A program made the translations under genes and the position numbers. The notes under the pieces are model-generated. The model saw only the letters and a list, made by a program, of their open reading frames with translations. It had not been told where the DNA came from and searched no databases. 64,000 nt of DNA from Granulicella sp. (GTDB lineage Bacteria > Acidobacteriota > Terriglobia > Terriglobales > Acidobacteriaceae), in assembly GCA_027339965.1 (NCBI GenBank), contig DAHWNL010000078.1, positions 128,001-192,000 of the forward strand. The letters run 5' to 3'. This document shows, one piece after another, positions 1-9,130 of this stretch; position 1 is the stretch's first letter; each line of letters opens with the position of its first letter.

Positions 1-1122
1 GGGAAAAGCGCTGGGCTGGATCTTCTCCAGGCACTGCCTCTTGCTGTCATGTTGGAGACCTCCTACACTTCGCTGAACAGCCCGGAGCCAAACACGCAAA
101 ATGGCAACTTTGAGTTTCCTCAGGACATTTCCCTGTTTCTTTCTGGGGCCTGGACGAGCAATATCGGCAGCTTTCTGCAGGTTACGTATGACACTCAAGA
201 GGATCACTTCGGTATAGACAATACCGACATTCGTTTCGCAAACCAGACGAAACTGGATGGCAAGGATCTGGTCTACGGTCTCGACTTCAACAACAACCCG
301 ACAGTAGAAGATCTTTGGAATGATACGCCAGCCTGGGGTTTCCCGTGGATTCAAAGTGACTTTGCACCAACGCCAGCCGCTGTCCCAATCATCGATGGCC
401 CTCTGGCCCAGGATGTTGCCGGATTCGGCGGCTACGCCATGTGGAATCGCCATGTGTATTTGGATGTGGCGGCCTACACATCAGAGCACGTAGGCGCTCC
501 ACAACCGAACTCAGGCAATGGATTCTCGTACAACATTCGCAATGCGGCCCCCTACTGGCGACTTGCCTACCAGGGGCATACCACCACGCTGCAGTATGAG
601 GTCGGCACTTATGGCATGCATCTGCATAGCAGCCCCAATGCAGTTGTCGGTCCAGAAGATGATTACACCGACTACGCTTTTGATATGCAACTTGACCAAT
701 CGCTGTTCCGCACAGATGTACTTTCCTTTCGCGGTGATTTCATCCATGAGAACTCTGACTTGCTGGGAAGCCTAACCCAAGGATTGGCTTCTCAAGGAGA
801 ACACCATCTCAACACGGGAACGGTTAACGCCGAATATCATCTTGGCAACAAATATACTGGCACATTCCAATGGTTTGAGACCAGTGGGACAACAGATCCT
901 CTGCGCTATTCTCCTGCTCCTGTTACCGGCAGCGCCAATGGAAACCCGAGGAGCGCTGGATACATCCTCAACTTCTCATACTGGCCGTGGCAGAACCTGC
1001 AAATCTCGCCACAGTACACCGCATATACCCGTTTCAACGGCGGTTCGACGAACTACGATGGCTCTGGGCGCAACGCGAGCGCCAACAACACGTTCTATCT
1101 GGATGTTAAGTTCCTCTTTTGA
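1..1122 (+). CDS. Cyc2-like cytochrome-porin, copy 1 (5' end outside window; beta-barrel part visible)
   Basis: Frame is open from base 1 (GKSAGLDLLQALP...). Near-collinear with the paralog at 2025-3383, whose N-terminus carries the Cyc2 heme motif. Ends in aromatic FLF, typical of outer-membrane barrels. Confidence 0.75.
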   Translation, partial: GKSAGLDLLQALPLAVMLETSYTSLNSPEPNTQNGNFEFPQDISLFLSGAWTSNIGSFLQVTYDTQEDHFGIDNTDIRFANQTKLDGKDLVYGLDFNNNPTVEDLWNDTPAWGFPWIQSDFAPTPAAVPIIDGPLAQDVAGFGGYAMWNRHVYLDVAAYTSEHVGAPQPNSGNGFSYNIRNAAPYWRLAYQGHTTTLQYEVGTYGMHLHSSPNAVVGPEDDYTDYAFDMQLDQSLFRTDVLSFRGDFIHENSDLLGSLTQGLASQGEHHLNTGTVNAEYHLGNKYTGTFQWFETSGTTDPLRYSPAPVTGSANGNPRSAGYILNFSYWPWQNLQISPQYTAYTRFNGGSTNYDGSGRNASANNTFYLDVKFLF

Positions 1123-1479
1123 AGCACTGCATGCGCAGCAATCGTATGCTTTGAAAGCGCTGTAGGAACCAGCTTGGATGAAGATCCATTCGCTTGAAAT
1201 GCGGCGCTTACACCCAACCTCAATTCAAGCTCCGGGGAAGAGGAATTCTTGTTTCGGTACAAATTCGCATTGCCTCGGCCGGGGATCGAATCTTGAGAGA
1301 ACCCTTTCTGGCGGGTGAGGGCGGAGGATGCAGTTGAAAGCTGAGCGGCGGTTCTACCCGATTCTGCAGGAATCGAGTTGCCAACCCTTTACTTACAACG
1401 AGAACCGCCGTGAAAAGAGCTTGCCGCACCATCCGCAAGCAAGTGAAACTGAACCTGGACAAGACGCTGGTTAGAGCCG

Positions 1480-1978
1480 CCATTCACGAAGATGGAAAGG
1501 GCGTGTGAAGAAGCCTTATTCGGCAGCTCCTCGATGCTTCCGCGGCCAGCTTGATCCCCTTTGTTCAGGGCTCGATAGCTGCGGGAAGCCTGGCTCATAC
1601 GAATGGCTAGCAGGGCTATTCGGCGCTGAAGGGCAACGGTTTCCAGCATCAGATCACCTATCTCAAAGGGAGGCCGGAAGCCGCTTCGGAGTTGTTGCCG
1701 CGAGTTCATCTGGGCGATCTCACTGCTGAAGCGATGGCTGATGGAAACCCCTCAGGGAGCGGTAAACCACAAACATCTGGACTACTTGGATGAGGTCGCC
1801 TTCCGGATCAACCGGCGCACCTCACGGAGCCTGGCAAGCTGTTTTATCGTTCGGCACAACAATCTGGGGCCGTCTATCCAGTTACTCGCCATCAAATCGC
1901 TCACCCCGCCGAAGAAAAACCGGTCGAAAAGCACAGCCGCTGCTGGATTTTGACGGGGCCGGGTGCAACCGAATAACC
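1480..1978 (+). pseudogene. IS1595-family transposase relic
   Basis: Frameshifted, stop-interrupted fragments DASAASLIPFVQGSIAAGSLAHTNG*QGY, ELLPRVHL and QGAVNHKHLDYLDEVAFRINRR match the IS1595 DDE C-terminal region. Boundaries approximate. Confidence 0.75.
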
Positions 1979-2024
1979 TCAGAGTGGCATCGGTCCATTG
2001 TATCGATGCAAACGAGGAGGATAG

Positions 2025-3383
2025 ATGAACTTTTCACCTTCGGGAGCCAATACAGTTCTATCGGTAGCAGCGATTTCGCTCCTGATCTCCGCATTCCCCA
2101 AGGGTGCAATAGCTGTCCCCAGTTATGCGCGCCAAACCGGCCTCCCGTGCATCGGGTGCCACGATGACCCGCCGGAGTTGAACCCTGAGGGGCGGCTTTT
2201 CAAGTTGCTGGCCTATGTGTAGGGAGCGAGCTTCCTCGGCTCCATAAATGCAAAGAGCAGCGGGAAGAATGCTGGTTTGGATCTTCTCCACGCACTGCCT
2301 CTTTCTGTCATGTTGCAGACCTCATACACTTCACTGAACAGTCCAGAGCCAAATACCCAAAATGGGAACTTTGAGTTTCCCCAGAACATCTCCCTGTTTC
2401 TCTCCGGTGCCTGGACGAGCAACGTCGGCAGTTACCTTCAGGTTACATACGACACCCAAGCCAATCACTTCGGTATGGACAATACCGACATTCGGTTCGC
2501 AAACCAGACAAAGGTAGATGGTAAGGATCTTGTTTACGGACTTGACTTCAACAACAATCCGACGGTAGAAGATCTCTGGAACGACACGCCGGCATGGGGC
2601 GTCCCATTGATTCAAAGTGACTTTGCGCCAACGCCGGCGGCTGTTCCCATCATCGATGGCCCTCTGGGCCAGGAAGTTGCCGGATTCGGTGGTTACACCA
2701 TGTGGAACAGCCATGTGTATCTGGACGTGACAGCCTACACCTCAGAGCACATTGGCGCCTCACAACCAAACTCCGGAAATGGTTTCTCGTACAACATCCG
2801 TAACGCTGCACCCTACTGGCGTCTTGCCTACCAAGGACAGACAGCCACGACGCAGTATGAGATCGGAACCTATGGCATGCATATGCGCAGCAGTCCTAAT
2901 TCAGTCGTCGGTCCCCAGGATGATTACACCGACTACGCTTTCGACACCCAAATTGACCAATCGGTGTTCCAGACAGACGTGCTCTCGTTCCGAGGCAATT
3001 TCATCCGGGAAAACTCCGATTTGCAGGCCAGCCTGAACCAAGGATTGGCTTCTCAAGGAGGAAACCATCTGAATACTGGCACGGCTAACGTCCAGTATCT
3101 TATTGGCAGCAAATATTCAGGTACATTTGAGTGGTTTGAAACAAACGGCACAACCGATCCTCTGCGTTATGCTCCCGCTTCTGTTACCGGCAGTGCCAAT
3201 GGAAACCCGAGGAGCGCCGGATACATTCTCAACTTCTCGTACTGGCCATGGCAAAACCTTCAAATTTCGCCCCAATACACTGCGTATACACGTTTCAACG
3301 GTGGTTCGACGAACTACGATGGTTCTGGACGTAACGCCAACGCCAATAATACGTTCTACCTGGATGTGCAGTTCCTCTTTTGA
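2025..3383 (+). pseudogene. Cyc2-like fused monoheme cytochrome c-porin, copy 2, interrupted by in-frame TAG at 2220-2222
   Basis: Signal peptide, then AVPSYARQTGLPCIGCH...PELNPEGRLFKLLAY (Cyc2 N-terminal signature). ORFs 2025-2222 and 2277-3383 share a frame. The linker after the TAG (GKNAGLDLLHALP) matches copy 1 (GKSAGLDLLQALP). Confidence 0.75.
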
Positions 3384-3423
3384 ATTGCCGTTTGCGCGGC
3401 AATCAAATACCTGAAAACACCGT

Positions 3424-3456
3424 ATGGGCCAGCCCGAAAGGAGGTCCATTTGATTT
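3424..3456 (+). terminator. Possible intrinsic terminator after cyc2-like copy 2
   Basis: ATGGGCC...GAAA...GGTCCAT imperfect hairpin followed by TTGATTTG. Confidence 0.35.
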
Positions 3457-3482
3457 GCTCACCCGGCAAGGAAGGTTTAGGG

Positions 3483-4911
3483 TGACCTGCTACCTGAAAG
3501 CTCTACCAGTTGGAACTGGAGTCCTCTCGTAATTGACCCGCCCCGCATGACTAAGCCAGAAGCGGCTGGAAAATCCGGCTTGCGTGGTTCGGTTCGGCCC
3601 GTGTTGACGGGCGGATTTGCAGATACTGTAGCTCAAGTGAGTGTCTCAAGTAACAGCGTTGAACCACTGTCGTTCTGCGCTGTGACAGCAGCCGTCGTCG
3701 TGCCATGGAAAAGTGGGAGGCGAGTAGCTGCTTCCACTTTTCCACGGCTGCAGATAGCCGCGAACTCCGCCGGTGTGCGGTCGTCCAGCGCAGAGTGCGG
3801 GCGCTGGTGGTTTGTAGTCGCGTCGCCAGAGGTGCAGCTTCCGGCGAGCGTCAGCCAGGTTCAAGGACACCTCCACGTTCAGGCACTCGTCGCGCAGCTT
3901 TCCGTTGAAGCTCTCGATGTAGTCGTTCTCTACCGGCCTGCCCGGGGGGATGAAGTTCAGATGCACACCGTTCCGATACGCCCAGTGGTCGAGCGCTTTA
4001 CTGGTAGATTCCGTTTCGTTGTCCACAGTGATCGACTCCGGCAGGCCGCGTTGCAGCAGCGCCTTATCCAACGCCGTTGCGACCTCCTCCCCGCTCAGTG
4101 TGTTGTCTGTCAGCAGCGTCACACACTCCCGCGTGTACTGGTCCACTACCGTCCGCACACGGATCCAACGCCCGTCCGGCAACCACTGCGCCACGAAGTC
4201 CATCGACCGCTTCTGGTCTGGCCGCAACGCCGATCCCTGCGCCACACGATGCCGCTGCGCGCGCTCCTTGCGCTTCTTCGTCCTCACGATCGGGCCCTCC
4301 TCGACGTACAGTCGGTAGATGCGCTTGGCGTTGACCTTCCAGCCTTCGCGCTTCAACAGCACGGTCAGCCGCCGGTAGCCGTAACGCACGCGGTTGCCGG
4401 CCAGCTCCCTCAGACGGATACGCAAGGCCTCCTGCCGGTCGCGGTGATGCTCGTAGCGCAGCGTCATCCGCTCGACTGAAATCAGCTGCGACACGCGCCT
4501 CTGGCTCATCCGGTGGACCTGCTGTGCCCACTCGGCCGGCTCGCGCCGCGCACGAGGCCTTACAGTTTTTTGCGACGATCTCCTGCGACACATGACGGTC
4601 CGGGTTCGGGTCCGCTACCAAACGCTTCGACTTCGCGTTCTCTTCACGCAACTGGAGCAGCTCCTGAAGCTCGTTCAGCCCCAACCCGGAAGACTTCTTC
4701 TTCCGCAAATAAAACGTCTGCTGGCTGATGCCGTGCTTCCGGCAAGCCTCGACCACCGTGTCGCCAGACGTGGTCTCCCGCAGCACCCGCAGAATCTCTT
4801 CCTCGCTGTGTCCACCCTTACCCGTACAGGTTCTCCTCTCTTGCTTCTCAGAGAACCACAACAGGCCAAATCCTCAACGTCAACTTGGCCTAGTTTTTGG
4901 GTTTTGGGTCA
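3483..4911 (-). mobile_element. Degenerate IS3-family element (IS407-like group), orfA/orfB
   Basis: orfA HSEEEILRVLRE...CRKHGISQQTFY...LREENAKSKRLVAD. orfB (3646-4593) RYGYRRL, SMDFV, ITVDN, PGRPVENDYIESFNGKLRDECLN (rve integrase). Imperfect TGACC terminal repeats at 3483 and 4906-4911. A-run at the orfA/B junction. Many conserved residues are mutated. Confidence 0.85.
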
Positions 4912-5070
4912 GATCGGACGTTTCCAATGGTGTCCGGACAATCTCCGGGCCAGGAGATCCGGCAAATCACCATGCATTCTAAGGTCTATCTAAATCTCCA
5001 TCTTTCGATGGAAGTAGGACGATAAACGACTGCCGTATAATTCAGTCTCTCCCAGAATGGAGCGGGCCTT

Positions 5071-5952
5071 GTGCACGCAAACCTCCAGGATGGCTTCGCC
5101 GATTCCCCGGATGCTTTAAAGGACGGGCAGCGGCAACGAACGATCATCCGGGTTCTCGGTATCGAAGTGGGTGGGGATGAGTTCGTCACCATGGCAGGGC
5201 CATGCTCGGTTGAAACCGAGTCCCGGCTCATGGCAACCGCTCATCATGTTCGCCGCTGCGGCGCGCGCATCCTTCGTGGCGGCGCGTTCAAGCCGCGCAG
5301 CTCCCCCTATTCCTTTCAAGGTCATGGTCTTCAGGCGCTCAGGACGCTCGCCCGCGCCCGAGCGGAGTTTGGACTGGCCATCGTCACCGAAGTCATGTCG
5401 GAAAGCGATGTCCCTTTGGTGGCTGAGTACGCTGACATACTGCAGATTGGCTCGCGCAGCATGGAAAATCTTCTCCTGCTCAAGGCTGCAGCGCAATCCG
5501 GGCGACCGATCCTTCTGAAGCGAGGCATGATGGCTACGGTTGCCGAGCTACTCTACGCGGCGCAGTTGATCCTGGAAGAGGGCAACCCCAACGTCATTCT
5601 CTGTGAACGAGGCATCCGCACCTTTGAAACATCGATGCGCAACACCTTCGATGCCGCGGCCATCGCATTGCTCAAGCAGATCTCGCACCTGCCCGTGATC
5701 GCCGACCCAAGCCACGCGGCCGGGCATCACGATCTGGTTCCCGCTTTGGCCCGCATTGCCGCGGCCGCGGGAGCGGACGGCCTGCTGGTTGAAGTGCACC
5801 CCGAGCCCGAGCAGGCGTGGAGCGATGGGGAACAATCCTTGGATTTTGCTGAATTCGAAGCCATGATGATTTCGCTGGACCCTCTTCTGGCGCTGCGCTC
5901 GACGGTTCCGGGCGCGCCCGTGGATGCAGGGTTCGTGGAGGTTGGTGGGTGA
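5071..5952 (+). CDS. aroF: 3-deoxy-7-phosphoheptulonate (DAHP) synthase, class I-beta, without N-terminal regulatory domain
   Basis: [47 protein letters not shown] and VEVHPEP motifs. Confidence 0.92.
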   Translation: MHANLQDGFADSPDALKDGQRQRTIIRVLGIEVGGDEFVTMAGPCSVETESRLMATAHHVRRCGARILRGGAFKPRSSPYSFQGHGLQALRTLARARAEFGLAIVTEVMSESDVPLVAEYADILQIGSRSMENLLLLKAAAQSGRPILLKRGMMATVAELLYAAQLILEEGNPNVILCERGIRTFETSMRNTFDAAAIALLKQISHLPVIADPSHAAGHHDLVPALARIAAAAGADGLLVEVHPEPEQAWSDGEQSLDFAEFEAMMISLDPLLALRSTVPGAPVDAGFVEVGG

Positions 5953-7367
5953 GGGGTTCTTTCTTCTTGTTTTTAGCCGCTCTCAGTGCTTTTGCGCCTT
6001 CGCCCTCACGTGCCCTGCCGCCCCGCATAGTCCACCAGACGGAAGCCGATTTTCTTGTCACCGCTGCTCCCGTCTACGTCCCCCTGGCAGAGATGCACGG
6101 GCGGGAGCGATTCCCCCGCGGAGCACGGTTGCTGCTGGTCCACAACGGCAAGGCCGCGCCCCTCGTGACCGGCTTCGCAGATACCGCGGACCCCGATCTC
6201 TCCTTCGGTGGCCAGAGGGTGCTCTTTGCCGGCAAGCGCACCACCGCCGATCCTTGGCAGATCTGGGAGCTCAACCTCAAGAACGGCTCGTTGCGGAACG
6301 TCATCAGCACCGGAGTCGATGCCGAGCGACCGCTGTATCTGCCGGGCGGACGTATAGTCTGGGCGCAACGCACGGCCTCTGGATTCCGGATCGAGTCGGC
6401 TCCGGACGGCCATCCTCCCAAGGTACCGTTCCTGAACCCGACCGCCGGTCCCGGAGTGCTGCCCCTCACCTACATCCAGACCAACGCCTTTCCCACCACC
6501 ATCCTGGCCGACGGCCGCATTCTCTTCGAGTCCGGCTATCCGCTCGGAGAAGGCGCAGCCACTGACTTATTTGCGGTCTACGCTGATGGCTCGGGCGTGG
6601 AGGAACTCCGTCCCTATCAAGGCCGCTCCCGCTGGGGTGGCTCGCAACTGGCCTCCGGTGACGTGGTGTTCTCCCATGGAAGGTCGCTGGCGAGGCTCAC
6701 CTCCGCGCTGCTGCAGGAGGAGCCCATTGCCGCCCCCCAGGCCGCCTACGCCGGCACAATCGAGGAGACGCCTTCCAGCGAATGGTTGCTGAGTGCGCGC
6801 GCGACCGGCCAGACGCACTATGCAATTGATCTGTGGAAGCCCGGAACCGCTGCACTCCAGACCATCCTTTCAGAACGCGGCGAGGATCTTGTCCAGCCTG
6901 TCCTGCTGGCGCCTCGTACCCCGCCCAGACGATTCCCTTCAGACCTCCACCCTTGGAACTACGCCAATCTTCTGGCCCTCGACTCGCGCCTGTCCATGGA
7001 AGGCAATCTGAAATTGGCGCCCGCATCGGTCCGCCTGGAGAGCCAGGATCCGAATGGCCACATCCACAACAACGGAACCGCTCCGATCTATCCCGACGGC
7101 TCCTTCTTTGTGAAGGTTCCTGAAAACCTCCCGATTCGCTTCCTCCTCCTCGATAAAAATGGCGCCGTTCTGCGTCGCGAACGCGGGTGGTTCTGGAGCC
7201 GCGGCGGCGAACAGAGGATCTGCGTCGGATGCCATACGGGACCGGCACTCTCTCCTGAAAATCAAGTGCCTGAAGTGCTGCTGCACACCACTACCCCGAT
7301 GGACCTCACGCTTGACTCACCTCGCACACCCACGCGCACTGAGGTGCAGAAAGGTAATACGAGATGA
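5949..7367 (+). CDS. Secreted hydrazine synthase alpha-subunit-like protein (propeller plus HZS-alpha middle domain, one CxxCH)
   Basis: Signal peptide. TolB-like blade (ADPDLSFGGQRVLFAGK...WQIWE). DGSFFVKVPENLPIRFLLLDKNG...WFWSRGGEQRICVGCH is characteristic of the HzsA middle domain. GTGA overlap with aroF. Confidence 0.75.
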   Translation: MRGSFFLFLAALSAFAPSPSRALPPRIVHQTEADFLVTAAPVYVPLAEMHGRERFPRGARLLLVHNGKAAPLVTGFADTADPDLSFGGQRVLFAGKRTTADPWQIWELNLKNGSLRNVISTGVDAERPLYLPGGRIVWAQRTASGFRIESAPDGHPPKVPFLNPTAGPGVLPLTYIQTNAFPTTILADGRILFESGYPLGEGAATDLFAVYADGSGVEELRPYQGRSRWGGSQLASGDVVFSHGRSLARLTSALLQEEPIAAPQAAYAGTIEETPSSEWLLSARATGQTHYAIDLWKPGTAALQTILSERGEDLVQPVLLAPRTPPRRFPSDLHPWNYANLLALDSRLSMEGNLKLAPASVRLESQDPNGHIHNNGTAPIYPDGSFFVKVPENLPIRFLLLDKNGAVLRRERGWFWSRGGEQRICVGCHTGPALSPENQVPEVLLHTTTPMDLTLDSPRTPTRTEVQKGNTR

Positions 7368-9130
7368 TCCTTCGCTCCCTGCTTCTTTTCTCTGCCGCCG
7401 TCTCGATCGCCGCAGCACAAAAAGCAGCGCCGCCGGCAAGATCCACCACGGATACCGCAAAAACAGCGGGACAACCTACCATCCGCTTTGAAGATGCTAC
7501 TGGGCAGTCCGGAATCCACTTCGTTCACAGCTTCGGATCCGCCAGGCTCAGTTCGCTGCTCGAAGGCACCGGAGCCGGCTGCGTATGGTTCGACTACAAC
7601 CACTCCGGCCGCAAGTCGCTCTTCGTCGTCAACGGAAGCACCCTTGACCCAGGCATGACGCACAACCCTCTGCCAACAAAGCCTGACCCGGCTCCGCATG
7701 CGCATCTGTACCGTAACGACGGGAACGGCCATTTTACTGATGTGACCGCTCAATCCGGCCTCGATCCCGATCTGTACGGTGACGCCGTCACCGTCGCTGA
7801 CTACGACAACGACGGCTATGACGACCTGCTCGTCACCGGCTACGGCAAAGTGATCCTCTACCACAACAACGGCAACGGCACGTTTACCGACGTTACCCGG
7901 CAAAGCGGCATCAAGGTTACCGGCTGGGCTATCGGCTCCACATGGCTGGACTACGACCGCAATGGCTGCGTCGATCTCTTCGTCGGCCGTTACGTCAAGT
8001 TCGACCCCGAATACCACTCGTATTATGCGGCCGATAACTATCCCGGGCCGCTCAACTATGCCGGCGAGTCCAACATGCTGTTTCACAACAACTGCGACGG
8101 CACGTTTACCGACGTCTCGGATAAGTCGGGAATCAGCGCCTTCGTGGGCCGCACCATGGGAGTGACCGCTGCCGACTTCGACAACGATGGCTGGGACGAT
8201 ATCTACGTCACAAATGACGATACGCCCAACTTTCTTTTCCACAACATGCACAATGGCACCTTCCAGGAGATTGCCAACAACGCTGGCGCAGCCTACGGAG
8301 AAGATGGCGAAGCCACTTCGTCCATGGGTCCCGTCGCAGCCGACTTCTGGAACCGCGGATTGTTAGACCTCTGGGTAACCGATGGGAGTTACAACCGCTT
8401 TCTCAAAAACCTGGACGCTCCGCAACTCGGGTCTTCCTCTGCCCATTCGGATTGGCATGGCTTCCAGGATGTTACCGCGGCAAGCGCCATCTCCCAGGTC
8501 GAAGCGCAATACGTCAGTTGGGGCACCGGCGTCTACGACTTTGACAACGACGGGCTGCTGGACATCCTGGTCTTTCACGGTGGCCTGACCCACATGATTC
8601 CAATGGAGCACACCCTCTTCCGCAGCCTGGGCAACGGCAAGTTTGAGGATGCCTCCCGCCAGGCAGGCCCCGTCCTGAGCGTACGTACTGTAGCCCGCGG
8701 AGCCTGCTTTGCCGACTACCGGAACGATGGAAAGGTTGACGCCTACGTGGTCAATCTCGGGTCGGAGGGAACGCTGCTTCACAACGTCTCTACCAACACC
8801 GGCCATTGGGTTGAAATCAAGCTCGTCGGCGCCATGAGAAAGGGCGATGCGGGTATACCCGTCGGAGATCCTGGAGCACGGAGCAACCGCGACGGCATCG
8901 GCGCTCGCATCCAGGTCGTCACCGGCGATGTGAGGCGCTCTGCGGAGCGAGTAGCCAGTTCCGGCTATCTCTCCCAGAATGAAGGACGCGTCCACTTCGG
9001 CCTGGGTACCGCTACGACCATTGACAAGCTGGTCGTCCGTTGGCCCAGCGGGATTGTGCAGACGCTCACGAACCAGCCGGCGGATCGCGTGCTCACGATA
9101 GCGGAACCGGGAAGAGGGGAGGCGCAATGA
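7364..9130 (+). CDS. CRTAC1-family protein (FG-GAP/VCBS repeats plus ASPIC/UnbV domain)
   Basis: Repeated DYDNDG/DFDNDG Ca-binding blades, LYRNDGNGHFTDVT. C-terminal SNRDGIGARI...GYLSQ...VHFGLG...VRWPSG. Confidence 0.9.
   Translation: MILRSLLLFSAAVSIAAAQKAAPPARSTTDTAKTAGQPTIRFEDATGQSGIHFVHSFGSARLSSLLEGTGAGCVWFDYNHSGRKSLFVVNGSTLDPGMTHNPLPTKPDPAPHAHLYRNDGNGHFTDVTAQSGLDPDLYGDAVTVADYDNDGYDDLLVTGYGKVILYHNNGNGTFTDVTRQSGIKVTGWAIGSTWLDYDRNGCVDLFVGRYVKFDPEYHSYYAADNYPGPLNYAGESNMLFHNNCDGTFTDVSDKSGISAFVGRTMGVTAADFDNDGWDDIYVTNDDTPNFLFHNMHNGTFQEIANNAGAAYGEDGEATSSMGPVAADFWNRGLLDLWVTDGSYNRFLKNLDAPQLGSSSAHSDWHGFQDVTAASAISQVEAQYVSWGTGVYDFDNDGLLDILVFHGGLTHMIPMEHTLFRSLGNGKFEDASRQAGPVLSVRTVARGACFADYRNDGKVDAYVVNLGSEGTLLHNVSTNTGHWVEIKLVGAMRKGDAGIPVGDPGARSNRDGIGARIQVVTGDVRRSAERVASSGYLSQNEGRVHFGLGTATTIDKLVVRWPSGIVQTLTNQPADRVLTIAEPGRGEAQ

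Noticed and set aside
2220..2222. Pyrrolysine/amber recoding
   Set aside because: No pyl genes are in the window, TAG is used as a normal stop elsewhere (e.g. 12796, 37729), and the position is a linker rather than a catalytic site.
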